DNA of 64,000 bases, taken from assembly GCA_965153455.1 (NCBI GenBank), contig OZ234494.1, positions 7,440,001 to 7,504,000 of the forward strand. Direction: 5' to 3'. Source of the DNA: Sphagnum compactum. Taxonomy: Eukaryota. The translations under genes were made by a program, and so were the position numbers. Under the pieces are notes generated by a model, which ran no database searches, was not told where the DNA came from, and saw only the letters and a list, made by a program, of their open reading frames with translations. The stretch's first letter is position 1; each line of letters starts with the position of its first letter. Of the stretch, positions 42,801 through 53,326 are shown piece after piece.

Positions 42801-43070
42801 AGTTTGATCCAATTAAGTACCAAAAGTGGTGCTAGAACTTTGCAAGGACCCCATCTGATCCCAGGGCCCTAAGTCAAAGTTTTAAAAACTCCTTTTAATT
42901 AATTCCTTTTCTAAGGTAGGTGCTATTAAGGCCTCTTTCATTTGATCCATGAGCTTTTCTAACATCAAGCTTAGCACTTTATCCTTCAATTTTTCAACTT
43001 TATGTATTTCTTGGGATGCTCCCAAACGATCACTAGGGGTCGTTGAGCTTGTGAGATCTGATGGCATTCT
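39870..43070 (-). mobile_element. Degenerate L1-type LINE ORF2 remnant (reverse transcriptase plus C-terminal Cys/His region)
   Basis: GLITLIFK...DWRLITLLNVTYKSIVKVL (42629-42823); YVDDTT near 42020 (YADD-like); LLGIPFG; PRMVGGLGIIDL (41223-41621); CLSC...HKFWEC near 40370-40440. Many stops and frameshifts, unrelated-looking sequence at ~42050-42560, and an A-rich 3' end near 39870. Confidence 0.85.
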
Positions 43071-45268
43071 GTTTTTTTCATGGGACCATGGGTGTTAAAA
43101 GGACAAGAGAATGCTTGCATGCTTTGATAGGATCTATGTCCTTAAATTTTTTTCATCCTACCCATGTAATAAAATTTTGTAATACTGGATCAAAAGTGAT
43201 AGTATTGACCATCCTATCTCCTACGAAAGGAAACTGCAATAAGAGTTTAAAGAGAAATCGTATTGGAAGATGAATGCTAGACACTTAGAAAAAGTTGAAC
43301 CCTACATTAAGGAGATGTGGAACCAATTGCTAATTATTTTCAAAGATGAGGAAGATAATTAGGTTCTACAAAGGCTTTTGCAAGAAGAAAGCAAAACAAT
43401 TTTGAGAAGCAAATGTAGCTTTAAAGGTTGAGCTATGCACTACTCAAAAGCAGCTATAGAACACATCAAGTAACTTAGTATTCTAACAAAGGGTGAGTAA
43501 CATTTGTTCACGTGGACAAAATGAAAAACATCAAATCAACAAAAGCCAAATTTGATCCAGAATATAATGAAAATTTAAAAGAAACACAATGGCGAAAGAG
43601 GGTTTTTGCAACCATTAGAGATAAACCCCAAAAATCCTTGATCTCTACCTTAAAGAGATGAGAATGAATAGGCTATAACTAAATAGAAAGCAATGGAACA
43701 AATCTGCAGGGAATCTTCAGACAAACTGTACAAGGCTCCTACTAGGTCTTGATTAACATCGACATGATCAATGAGATCTTTTTTCAACAAATTTAGTTGT
43801 TATTTCAACCAAAAAAATTGCAATTAAAAAAAAACAATTCTGTTGTAAATTTGACTATATTTTTATTTTTTTTGGCAAAGACATCCCATATTTTCAATAT
43901 CATTTTTTTTTCTTAGAAAAACCCTCAACATTATCATTGTTTTTGTCACTTTCTTTTGGGACAAAAAAGTTCACACACTAGTGATTATTTTTTTTTGAAA
44001 AAATGTTGGGTTGTTTCAGTGAAATTTGGACTAAAATTTCAAAATTCTGTAGACATCTTTCACCAGCTTTTTGACATCCACAAATTCGAAAAATAATAAT
44101 TAAATAATTTAAATCACTGGGTCATGATTCGAATTCGCATTTTTTAAAGACTTGACTTGCATGCCAAAAAAAGAAAAAGAAAAGAAAAAGCCTGTAGCCT
44201 ACATCTTTAAAAAAATGTCAAGTGGACAAGCACACCTATGGGACGTTACCTTACCCTAAGGTCAGTTTCGTCATTAAATAATCCTCAAAATAGTGAAATG
44301 AAATCTTGTGAAAATATGAAGTTGATATATTGAGAATCATCATAATTATCATAAGCTACAATCTTATATATTCATTCACTAAGTCTGTTAGTCAGTCTGT
44401 GACCCCTTTAGGTTTTAGGTTTCACCGTCCGATCTCTGACTGTTGAGTGACTGAAAGCGAAAGTTAGTATGCAAACTGTCAAGGGGACTCACCACTTCGT
44501 AACTCTTCCTTTTATCTTACGTCTGATCTTTGCCATTTGTTGTGACATATCTCCTTTAGATGTAGCAGCTCTCCACATTTTTAATGCAAAGCCGATGCAA
44601 AGTTTTTAATCTTCAAGAACTTGAAAGAATCCAACTTTTTCTCTAATGGCTGCATGGATAAATGTAGTAATAGCTGGGTGTTCATTTATAACAAGGATAT
44701 AGATATGACAATAAAATAGCAACAAAGCAGCCAACATTTGAACTGCACCCATGCAGGGAGCTGATGAAGTGAGTGGAGATGTTATGGTAGCTGGTCACTG
44801 CAATACATGTTGGTGTCTAAGGTCACCAAGCATGCATCATGACAACCCCCCAGATGACAATTTACCAATTCTTTGCTTCTGCAGCAAAAATTTACTATTG
44901 CAGGAATTTTTTTTGGGTGATTTTTTAGTGCACATAGTTCATGCAAATCTGAATTTTCTCAGAAGAGTAGCTCCAGTTGCTGCAATGGGTATTTTTGACA
45001 GGAAAATCAGAGGCATGTTATGCCATAGATTTTGCTTGAAAGTTGACCAACTCACAGAGGCAAGATCTCTGGAAAATGAAGCTAGATCTGCTTCAAGAAT
45101 TAAAGACAAATGCTTCAAGAATTGAGAGGCAGATGGTTCAAGAATCGAAGGACTTGGCTTAATTCACTTGGTCTGTTAGTGTGTCTGTCTGAACCTGTCC
45201 ATTCCGACCCGTTAATAGTCTCTGCGAGGCCGATTCTACAACCCCCTAGATAACAGAAACGAGGTCCC

Positions 45269-45321
45269 GAAATGAGCCGCACCTGGCGCTAGAACATTTT
45301 AGGCCAGGTGCGGCTCATTTC
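45269..45321. repeat. Perfect 19-bp inverted repeat (hairpin) within a GC-rich repeat block
   Basis: GAAATGAGCCGCACCTGGC, a 15-nt loop, then GCCAGGTGCGGCTCATTTC. Confidence 0.9.
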
Positions 45322-46539
45322 TGTCTGTGACAGGGCTTGGGAAGGGGGTTTGGCAGAACCGGCCGGCCTCTAAATATACCCAGATGGGGAAAACATAGTT
45401 TATTTCGACCAATCGATGTAGCTGACAGAAACGAGGTCCCGCAACTGGCCTGAAATGTTCCAGCGCCAGGTGCGGGTCGTGGTGGCGGAGAGACACCTGG
45501 CCTGAAATATCTTTTTTTTATGGGAAACTTTTTTTTTTCCCCTCCTGGAAATGTGGCGATTTTTTTTTTTTTTTGAAAATTTTCCAAAATGCTCGCTTCA
45601 CCATGTATGTTTTCATGGGGGACTTTTCAACGGATTTTCATCACAAAAAATAAATAAAACAAAAATAAAAATAGTTGCTTTGCTCCTTTGTGTGTGTCTC
45701 TCTTGGTTTAAAGAAACCGGGGACTTCACAGTGTCCAAAGGTCACGGGTACCCACTAGTTTGACTAAATTCACTACTCATATTACAATATTCTAATAGAT
45801 GATGGAAAAAAATTAAAAATTAAAAATAAAATAAAATATAAATAAAAATATAATTTCAAATTTTAAAAACGAATTCTATTTTTGCAAAAAATACATTATT
45901 CGTTTTGTCACTGTGGAAACTGACCCTACCTACCAGTTCCTATTACCTACCTACAAACCAGGTCTTGATTCACATGGTGGTGATCGGACTGAGCACTTTC
46001 TGGGAACCAACACTTTTTTGGGCGTGACAGCAGGAGGAGCCTGGAGGAGCCTTTTTTTTTACGTTTGTCTGTCTGTTTGCTTGTGTGGATCACACGTGTT
46101 CCAGTTTGATCGTGCCGCGCATTTTCCATGCTCTTTCGGAACCGGTGATCATTCCGCGCATAATTTTGGCGTCGAAACAAATCGAAAGAAAGTCGTCACC
46201 AGCAGTAGTAGTAGGCTAGCAGTGTTTTCAATTTATTTTATTGGCGAAATTTCGCCAAATTTCGGCCTGAAAAATATATGATTTCAATGGATTTCTCATG
46301 GAAAAAACATTGCCCAAATTCGCCAGATTTCGGGAAATTTTGTTTCAAATTGCCAAGTTTTTTTATGATGAGTTCCAGTAGGTACCTATTTAGCCAAGCA
46401 TATCGAAGGATTCTGGTTTTTTTAAAGAAAAACTTTCATATCTAGTATATAGCCAAATTTGGCTAAATTATTTTTTGTATGATTATCACCAGGGATTTCT
46501 GTTTTTTTCCCAATTTTCTGTCGCTGGGTCATTGGGTAG

Positions 46540-46576
46540 GGCTTGAGTGAATTAGCAGCCACCAATGCACCAGTTG
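46540..46576 (+). repeat. Left terminal inverted repeat of the MULE
   Basis: GGCTTGAGTGAATTAGCAGCCACCAATGCACCAGTTG, versus the right-end reverse complement GGCCAGAGTGAATTAACAGCCACCAATGCACCAGTTG. Confidence 0.9.
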
Positions 46577-46871
46577 AGGATGAGCCCGTTCAACCCGTTT
46601 TGAGGATGAGCCCGTTCAACCCATTTTGGGGATGAACCAAAACCACATCCGGACTGCCCAAATATTTTTTTTTTCTCCCGCCTCTACTCTGCCCCAAAAC
46701 ATTTCTCCCCTACCTACCTTCCTCCCCCCTCCTACCTACCCCCTCCTACCTCCCCCCTCCTACCTACCTCCAACGTCTTACCTCTAATCGCCATCGCCAG
46801 AGCACCACAGCGAGAGCAGGAGCACCATCGCGGGAGCACCACAGCGAGAACGGGAGCACCATCGCGGTGCC

Positions 46872-49643
46872 ATGTGTAATCAAGGAAGGTCAGGATTGAG
46901 CTATTGGTCACCAAACATAAACATAGTCAGAGATCCTCGATGGGGAAGGACACAGGAAACACCAGGGGAGGATCCAAAGCTTACGAGTACATATGCAGTC
47001 TACTTTGTAAAGGGTCTGCAAGAGGGACATTATGATGGTTCCCAGATCCACACTGCTGGGGGGCCAAAGCGGTTAAAGGTTTCTGTGTGTTGTAAGCATT
47101 TTACAGCTCATGACTTGGACAGCTGGAAAGGCTATGATCGCAACTATTTTGATGCGAAAGTAAGTTCCATATCCCTCTGCTCCTCAGCATTTTGCTTTCC
47201 TCTAAAGTTCAATGCTTTACCTGCTCCTTTTCAGCTGTGATTTTGTCTCAAGCCCAGTTCATTTTACTGCTGGTTTGTGTCTTTCTATGGACTGATTTGT
47301 CCTCTTCTTATATTTGCTTACCTGGATGGGTAGACAAATGTAAAGCATTGTTTGTTTTAGATGAGCATATTCACCAAGTGAGGGAGATGTCCAAATGCAG
47401 TTTGAATTTTGAAAGTCAAGAATCAGGAAGAATTGTAGAATTCTGATTTAAGAACCTATGGGTTCAAAAGTACATTTCCAGAATCAAATCCTGATTGAAA
47501 CCTTCTCTTGATTGGAACTCAGACCTTCCTACGGATGATAGCTTAATGATCTCAAGAATGTGGTCAGGTGAGTCTGCAAGACTTGGAGGACACTTATAAC
47601 CCACCTTTCAAGAGCTGTGTGAAAGAAGGGCAGTCCAGTAGCCTAATGTGCTCCTACAATCGTCTCAATGGAATTCCTATGTGCAGTCACTATGAGCTTC
47701 TCACTCTCACTGTCCGCAATATTTGGGGCTTTAATGGGTATGTCACGACCTTCAATTGTTTGTGTTTTAGGTTTTGTGCTTGAAGTTGAAGATGAACTGT
47801 TATGAAATCTTAAGATGCCATTTGGCAACAGATTTTATATCAGTTTTTTTGTTGCAGGGCAATTGCAAAAGGGTTTTGATTGACAGAAACTTGTTGTTGG
47901 CTGTAGGTACATTGTGTCAGATTGTGATGCGGTTGCACTAATACATGAATACATCCATTATGCACCTACTCCAGAGGACGCAGTCTCTTATGTTTTGTTG
48001 GCAGGTGCTCCTCTTGGTGTTGGACAATTTGATACTTTTGTTGTGATCTTTAATCACTTTGATTTGTGGGAACTCTGAAAGGTAGGTCACCCATGAGAGA
48101 CATGCCCCAGAAAATGAACTGAAACTTGAGATGAATTTTTCAGGTATGGATCTTAATTGTGGAACGACAGTTTTATATCATGCTCAGGCTGCACTAGACA
48201 AGGGATTAATTTGGGAGGAACTTATAAACATGCACCTGCGCAACCTGTTCTCTGTGCGGATGCGATTGGGGATGTTTGACGGAGATCCTGAAACTCTTCT
48301 GTTCGGCTCACTGGGACCATCTGATGTTTGCACCACTGGTCACCAAAATCTTGCTCTTGAGGCTGCTCAACAAAGCATTGTTCTGTTGAAAAATGATAGA
48401 AGTGCACTTCCATGGAACAAAACAAAAAAGTTCAAGGTGGCTGTGATTGGCCCTCATGGGAATGCAACTCAAGAGATGCTTGGTAATTATGAAGGTATAA
48501 TTGGGCCATCCTATTGATTCCTCAAAGTGATTCCTCTTGACATCTTATAGTAATGTGGGTTGCCAGTACAAGTGCAACTATTCTGGCCTACCAACTCTGA
48601 AGCTTTCTGTGCTTAGTCAGTATTTTTGAAATGTCACATGTTGTCAAACTAATTGTCATGGCAAAGTTGTGAGTTTAACCCCAACATGCCTAAGGTTTGT
48701 AAGATTGGTCCCCTTAGGCACATAAGGGAAAATCTGTTTGCTTCCAAGGTTTTGCCAAAGCCTAGTCTTATCAGAAGAGTGAGAATTAGAAAGAGACTTG
48801 TCATAAAAAAAATTCTTTGGGTTTCTGCAGGCATTCCCTGTAAATTTACAAGTCCTTTGGATGGAATAAAAACACTTTTTGGGGGCAATGGGCAAAGTGT
48901 GATTTACGCACCTGGATGTGCTGATGCAACTTGCAGAGATGGAAATCTCTTTCCATTTGCAGTGACTGCTGCCTCAGAAGCAAATGCAGTTGTCTTATTT
49001 GTTGGATTAAGCCAGGCCCAAGAATCAGAAGGACGGGACCGTGAAAGTCTACGTCTTCCAGGCAAGCAAGAGGAATTAATTTCAACTGTACTAGATGCTG
49101 TTAACGGGCGCCCAGTTGTGTTCGTAATATTGTCAGGTGGGCCTGTTGATGTCTCATTTGCAAATGACGATGAGCGAGTTGGAGGTATTCTATGGGCAGG
49201 CTATCCTGGACAGGCTGGTGGTCAAGCAATAGCAGAAATCATCTTTGGTGATGTGAATCCAGGTAATTTAGGTGCCTTGTTAAATGCAATGACTTGGTCT
49301 CTGATTTGGTTTAATGAGTGAAACCTCTGGTGCAGGTTCTAGGGGAAGAATATTTGAGGGTGGGGTTCTGTTTCATAATAATTGTCAGGTCTCAATTACT
49401 GGATGGCTAGCTCCAGGATGTAACAAATGAGAACTGGCACGATGGGTGTTCTATCTCCTGCATATGGAGGTTAACTATTCTGTTATGATGACAGCCATAT
49501 GCTATAAGACACGTTAAGTGTTGTGATTGAAATGAACCTTTTTGCTCACAGGTTGTGGATGTTTTGATTGGTGTGATGTTATAGGAGGCCGATTAGCTCT
49601 TTCATGGTACCATGAGAATTACACACAGATGGATATGTTTTGA
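46872..49643 (+). pseudogene. BXL: Captured internal fragment of a GH3 beta-D-xylosidase/arabinofuranosidase (BXL) gene; open spliced frame of 465 aa
   Basis: Exons 46872-47159, 47568-47737, 47907-48004, 48144-48494, 48831-49262, 49585-49643. Motifs [80 protein letters not shown]. Lacks the signal peptide/N-terminus and the C-terminal Fn3-like domain. Confidence 0.9.
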
Positions 49644-49690
49644 TCCAAGGTGTGTTACGGTTTAATTTGGTGATTTTTGGGTGTTTGTAG

Positions 49691-49847
49691 GGTTCAGGAC
49701 CAAACAAAGGCCCAGTTTGTTGCAAATGCAGTTCAGATTGAGATGCAACGCTGCCATCTTTACACTGCTCATCATGCAGCAAAGGTTGCAAATGCAGCAG
49801 CTGCATATCGAGCTAAACACGGGATTGTAGATACTGATATGGGTTAG
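49691..49847 (+). pseudogene. Orphan terminal exon of an unknown, probably element-encoded gene
   Basis: After a TGTTTGTAG acceptor it reads VQDQTKAQFVANAVQIEMQRCHLYTAHHAAKVANAAAAYRAKHGIVDTDMG*, followed by T-rich, 3'-UTR-like sequence. Not BXL-like. Confidence 0.45.
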
Positions 49848-50959
49848 GGTTTCATTTTATATAATTAGTAAGGTTTTGTAGCCCTTTTCTTTTTTGGACT
49901 ACCCAATTTTGAACTTTGATCCTTTGATATGTTATAGTGATCCAATGTTTTTTCTTCATTGGGTTCTCTAGTAATTTTCCATGCACCCATTTTTGTACAT
50001 CTTTTATTAATATAATAGTATCGGCTACTCACACTTGTTTGATGTGTATTTGGTTAATCCTATATGTCTTCTTTGTCATAATTTTGTTTGTACTTGAAAT
50101 GTAAGAATCAAATCAAAGATCAAAATAAACATTATACAATACTTACATCTAAGTTAATAGGACTCACATCACTTGAAGACTTTAAAAATAATCCACACAT
50201 TTTAAACATATAATACCCACATCATTTTCTATTATGAACTCCATAAGACCATTTTCTAATATGCAATACCTGCATATAACCTCAAAAAATAGCCACAGAC
50301 ATTTTGCATTAAATGCAATACCCGCATATAAGTCCCATAATAGGCAATGGCCTTTTTCATTCATTGCAATACCCTCATATGAGTCCCATAATAGCCGCTG
50401 GCATTTTGCATTCCTTACAATACCCACATAAAGGGCACAAATAATCATTGACATTCTTCATTCGTTGCAATACCCGCATATAGTCTCCAAAATAGCGACT
50501 GGTTTTTTTGGGTTCTCTTGCAATACCCGCATATAGGTCCCATAATAGTTGCTGGTTTTTTCATTCATTGTAAAACTTACATTTTGTCATAAAATTAATT
50601 TAGAATAATATTTAATTTAGGTATATAAAAAGACATAATTTTGGTACCCAGACCATTTTTGAAATGACATTACATGCGAGTATTGCATTTAGGGTTTAGG
50701 GTTTTCACATATGCTTTCCTCCAATCACCTATGTATTATTTCAGTATGATCTTGCAAATATGTATTGCATTTTTTTGCATATAAAATTCCCCTTATAATG
50801 CACCATAGATTTATTTCATTTACTATTAATTTGTAAAAAAACTGTTAATTAATTTAGGGTTTCCCAAACTCTAAATTTCAATCATGGATTCCCAATCAAC
50901 AACCCTAACCTCCATACACACCTTTGTTAGCATATGATTTTGAAATTAACTAGTTATTT

Positions 50960-51112
50960 TAGAGTGACCCTAAATGCAGGTATTGCATTTAGGGTAAGAT
51001 CTTCATTTAAAAAAGGCTTAAACCCCACATGCGTATTTTTTGTGTGACCCAAAGTGCAGGTATTGCATTTAAGGTAGGATTTTCGTATAAAGATGCTTAA
51101 ACCCACATGCGT
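50960..51112. repeat. ~80-bp satellite block of the MULE (x2)
   Basis: GTGACCC(T/A)AA(A/G)TGCAGGTATTGCATTTA(G/A)GGTA...CTTAAACCC(C)ACATGCGTA starting at 50964 and 51044. Confidence 0.85.
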
Positions 51113-51246
51113 ACAATAGCCTCCCGCCTAAGTACGCAACTTGAACCTGGGAGGAGTGTGCGTACTTAGCCGGTAGGTGCGCACTTAAGACCAATCACTT
51201 TTCTTTGTAGCCACAACAGCAGCTTTAGCAACATCATTATCAGTAT

Positions 51247-51710
51247 CCTAAACCTAAACCCTAAACCTAAACCCTAAACCCAAAACCTGAACCTAAACCT
51301 TAAACCCTAAATTTAAACCCTAACTTAAACCTTAAACCTTAAACCTAAACCCTAAATCTAAACCTAAACCCTAAACCTTAAACCTAAACCTAAACCTTAA
51401 ACCCTAAATCTAAACCCTAACTTAAACCCTAAATCTAAACCCTAACTTAAACCCTAAACCCCTAAACCGTAAACCCTAAATCTAAACCTAAACCCTAAAC
51501 CCTAAACCTAAACCTTAACCTTAAACCCTAAATCTAAACCCTAACTTATACCCTAAACCCCTAAACCCTAAATCTAACCCTAAACCCTAAACTTAAACCT
51601 AAACCCTAAACCTTAAATCTAAACCCTAAACTTAAACCTAAACCCTAAATTTAAACCTAAACCTTAACCTTAAACCCTAAATCTAAACCCTAAACTTAAA
51701 CCTAAACCCT
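51247..51710. repeat. Degenerate interstitial telomere-like array (CCCTAAA/CCTAAA/CCTTAAA/TCTAAA)
   Basis: ~460 bp of variants of the plant telomere repeat. Opposite-orientation TTTAGGG units follow at ~51755-51775. Confidence 0.9.
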
Positions 51711-53326
51711 CTATAATGCATTGTAGATTTATTTTATTTACTATTAATATTTGTAGGGTTTAGGGTTTTAGGGTTTACCCAACCTTAACATGTGAAAACC
51801 CAACCCTAAACCCTAAACCCCTAAAATATTATATGTATTGAAAATGGATCAACAGTATAATTCCATAATATCATTATTTATGTATTAGGTTTTATAAATA
51901 ACAATATATTTGGACCAATATTTAAACCACTATTATGTGTTTTGATTTTTTTTTAACACAATTTAAAATCTCATTAAATTAAAGACTTTATATTTACGTT
52001 TTTAGTATGAATATACAACTTTAAAAGGGGAAAAAAAATATGAACATCTTTGAAAAATATTTAAGCTTGAACTTTTTATTTTTTGATCTTCACAAACTTT
52101 GTATTGCATTTAGGGTTGGGTTTTCACATAAGGTTTGTTTTTTACCTTTGTGTGATAACTCCAACCTAATTTTCCCAATCTCTTTCAGGAAGATATAGAA
52201 TGCAATTGTATTGTTTCACATATGTCTAAACCCTAAAATTTTCCCCCCAATTTAATATAAAATATTTATGATAATTAATGAATTATCAATAAAATTTGTC
52301 ATATAATTAAATAATTAATAGACCATTATTTTAGATAATTTAGATGATTAATTATGAAGAATTAGATAATCATTTATTTATTTAAAATAATTAACCAATC
52401 ATTTGGCTTAAATTTATTTACTTGAAAATAAAAAGTTGGATTTAATCAGATTAATTAATTTGATATTTGATTGACTAAATTTAGTATATTTTTGTTTTAA
52501 TAAGTTATTGGAATCATTATTTAAGATAATTATTCCATGTTATAAATTGCAAGTTCAACTTTTTCATGAAAATTTCTTACACCAAAATAAGCTTGATCAC
52601 AATTGTCATTGTACTATTTGTTCCACAAATAATAGAACCTCTTTTCAAATTCATGAAAAAAAGTAAGGGTTAACTAATTATTTTAGAGTGACCCCAAATG
52701 CAGGTATTGCATTTAGGGTAGGATCTTCATTTAAAGAAGGCTTAAACCCCACATGCGTATTTTTCGTGTGACCCAAAATGCAGGTATTGCATTTAGGGTA
52801 GGGTTTTTTGAAGGTGACTTTGCGTCTGCATATTGTGTATAGGGCTAGGTCTTCACTTAAGGGTACCCAAACCATTTAGATGGGTTTTGTTTTTACGTGT
52901 GGGTATTGCATCTAGGCTTGTTTTTCATTTAAACTTGCAATACCCGAACTTATACTTACATATACTAACTGGAATGTTGGGGTTTCATTGCAATACCTAC
53001 ATCCATACTTACCTTTACCAACTGGAATTTTGGGGCATAATTGCAATACTTGCATTTGTACTTACTTTTACCAACTGGGATTTTGGGGCCTAGTTACAAT
53101 ACTTGCATCTAACATTAATATTATCATTATCCTTGTGTGTTTGCATTTCACACTTTTTGTGCTTATTATTTGGAAACAATAATAACCTTTGTGCCATATT
53201 GGACTTCATGTGTGTTGAATACATGATGTTCAAAGAATTTGGGGTATGATTTCCTCCATACAACATTGATTCTAAAAGAAAATTCTTAGTGCTAATGGCA
53301 ACAATCTTGATTAGTAATTGAAACAT

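Noticed and set aside
43670-45125. ORF 44751-45125 and exon-like minus-strand pieces at ~44494-44650 and ~43700-43780
   Set aside because: No recognisable protein. The minus-strand piece has two in-frame stops and cannot be assigned.
46872-49643. Intact native BXL gene
   Set aside because: No N-terminal or C-terminal exons were found on either side, and both ends abut element sequence.
51247-51710. True telomere or chromosome-fusion site
   Set aside because: The array is highly degenerate, short and enclosed within a TIR/TSD-bounded element.
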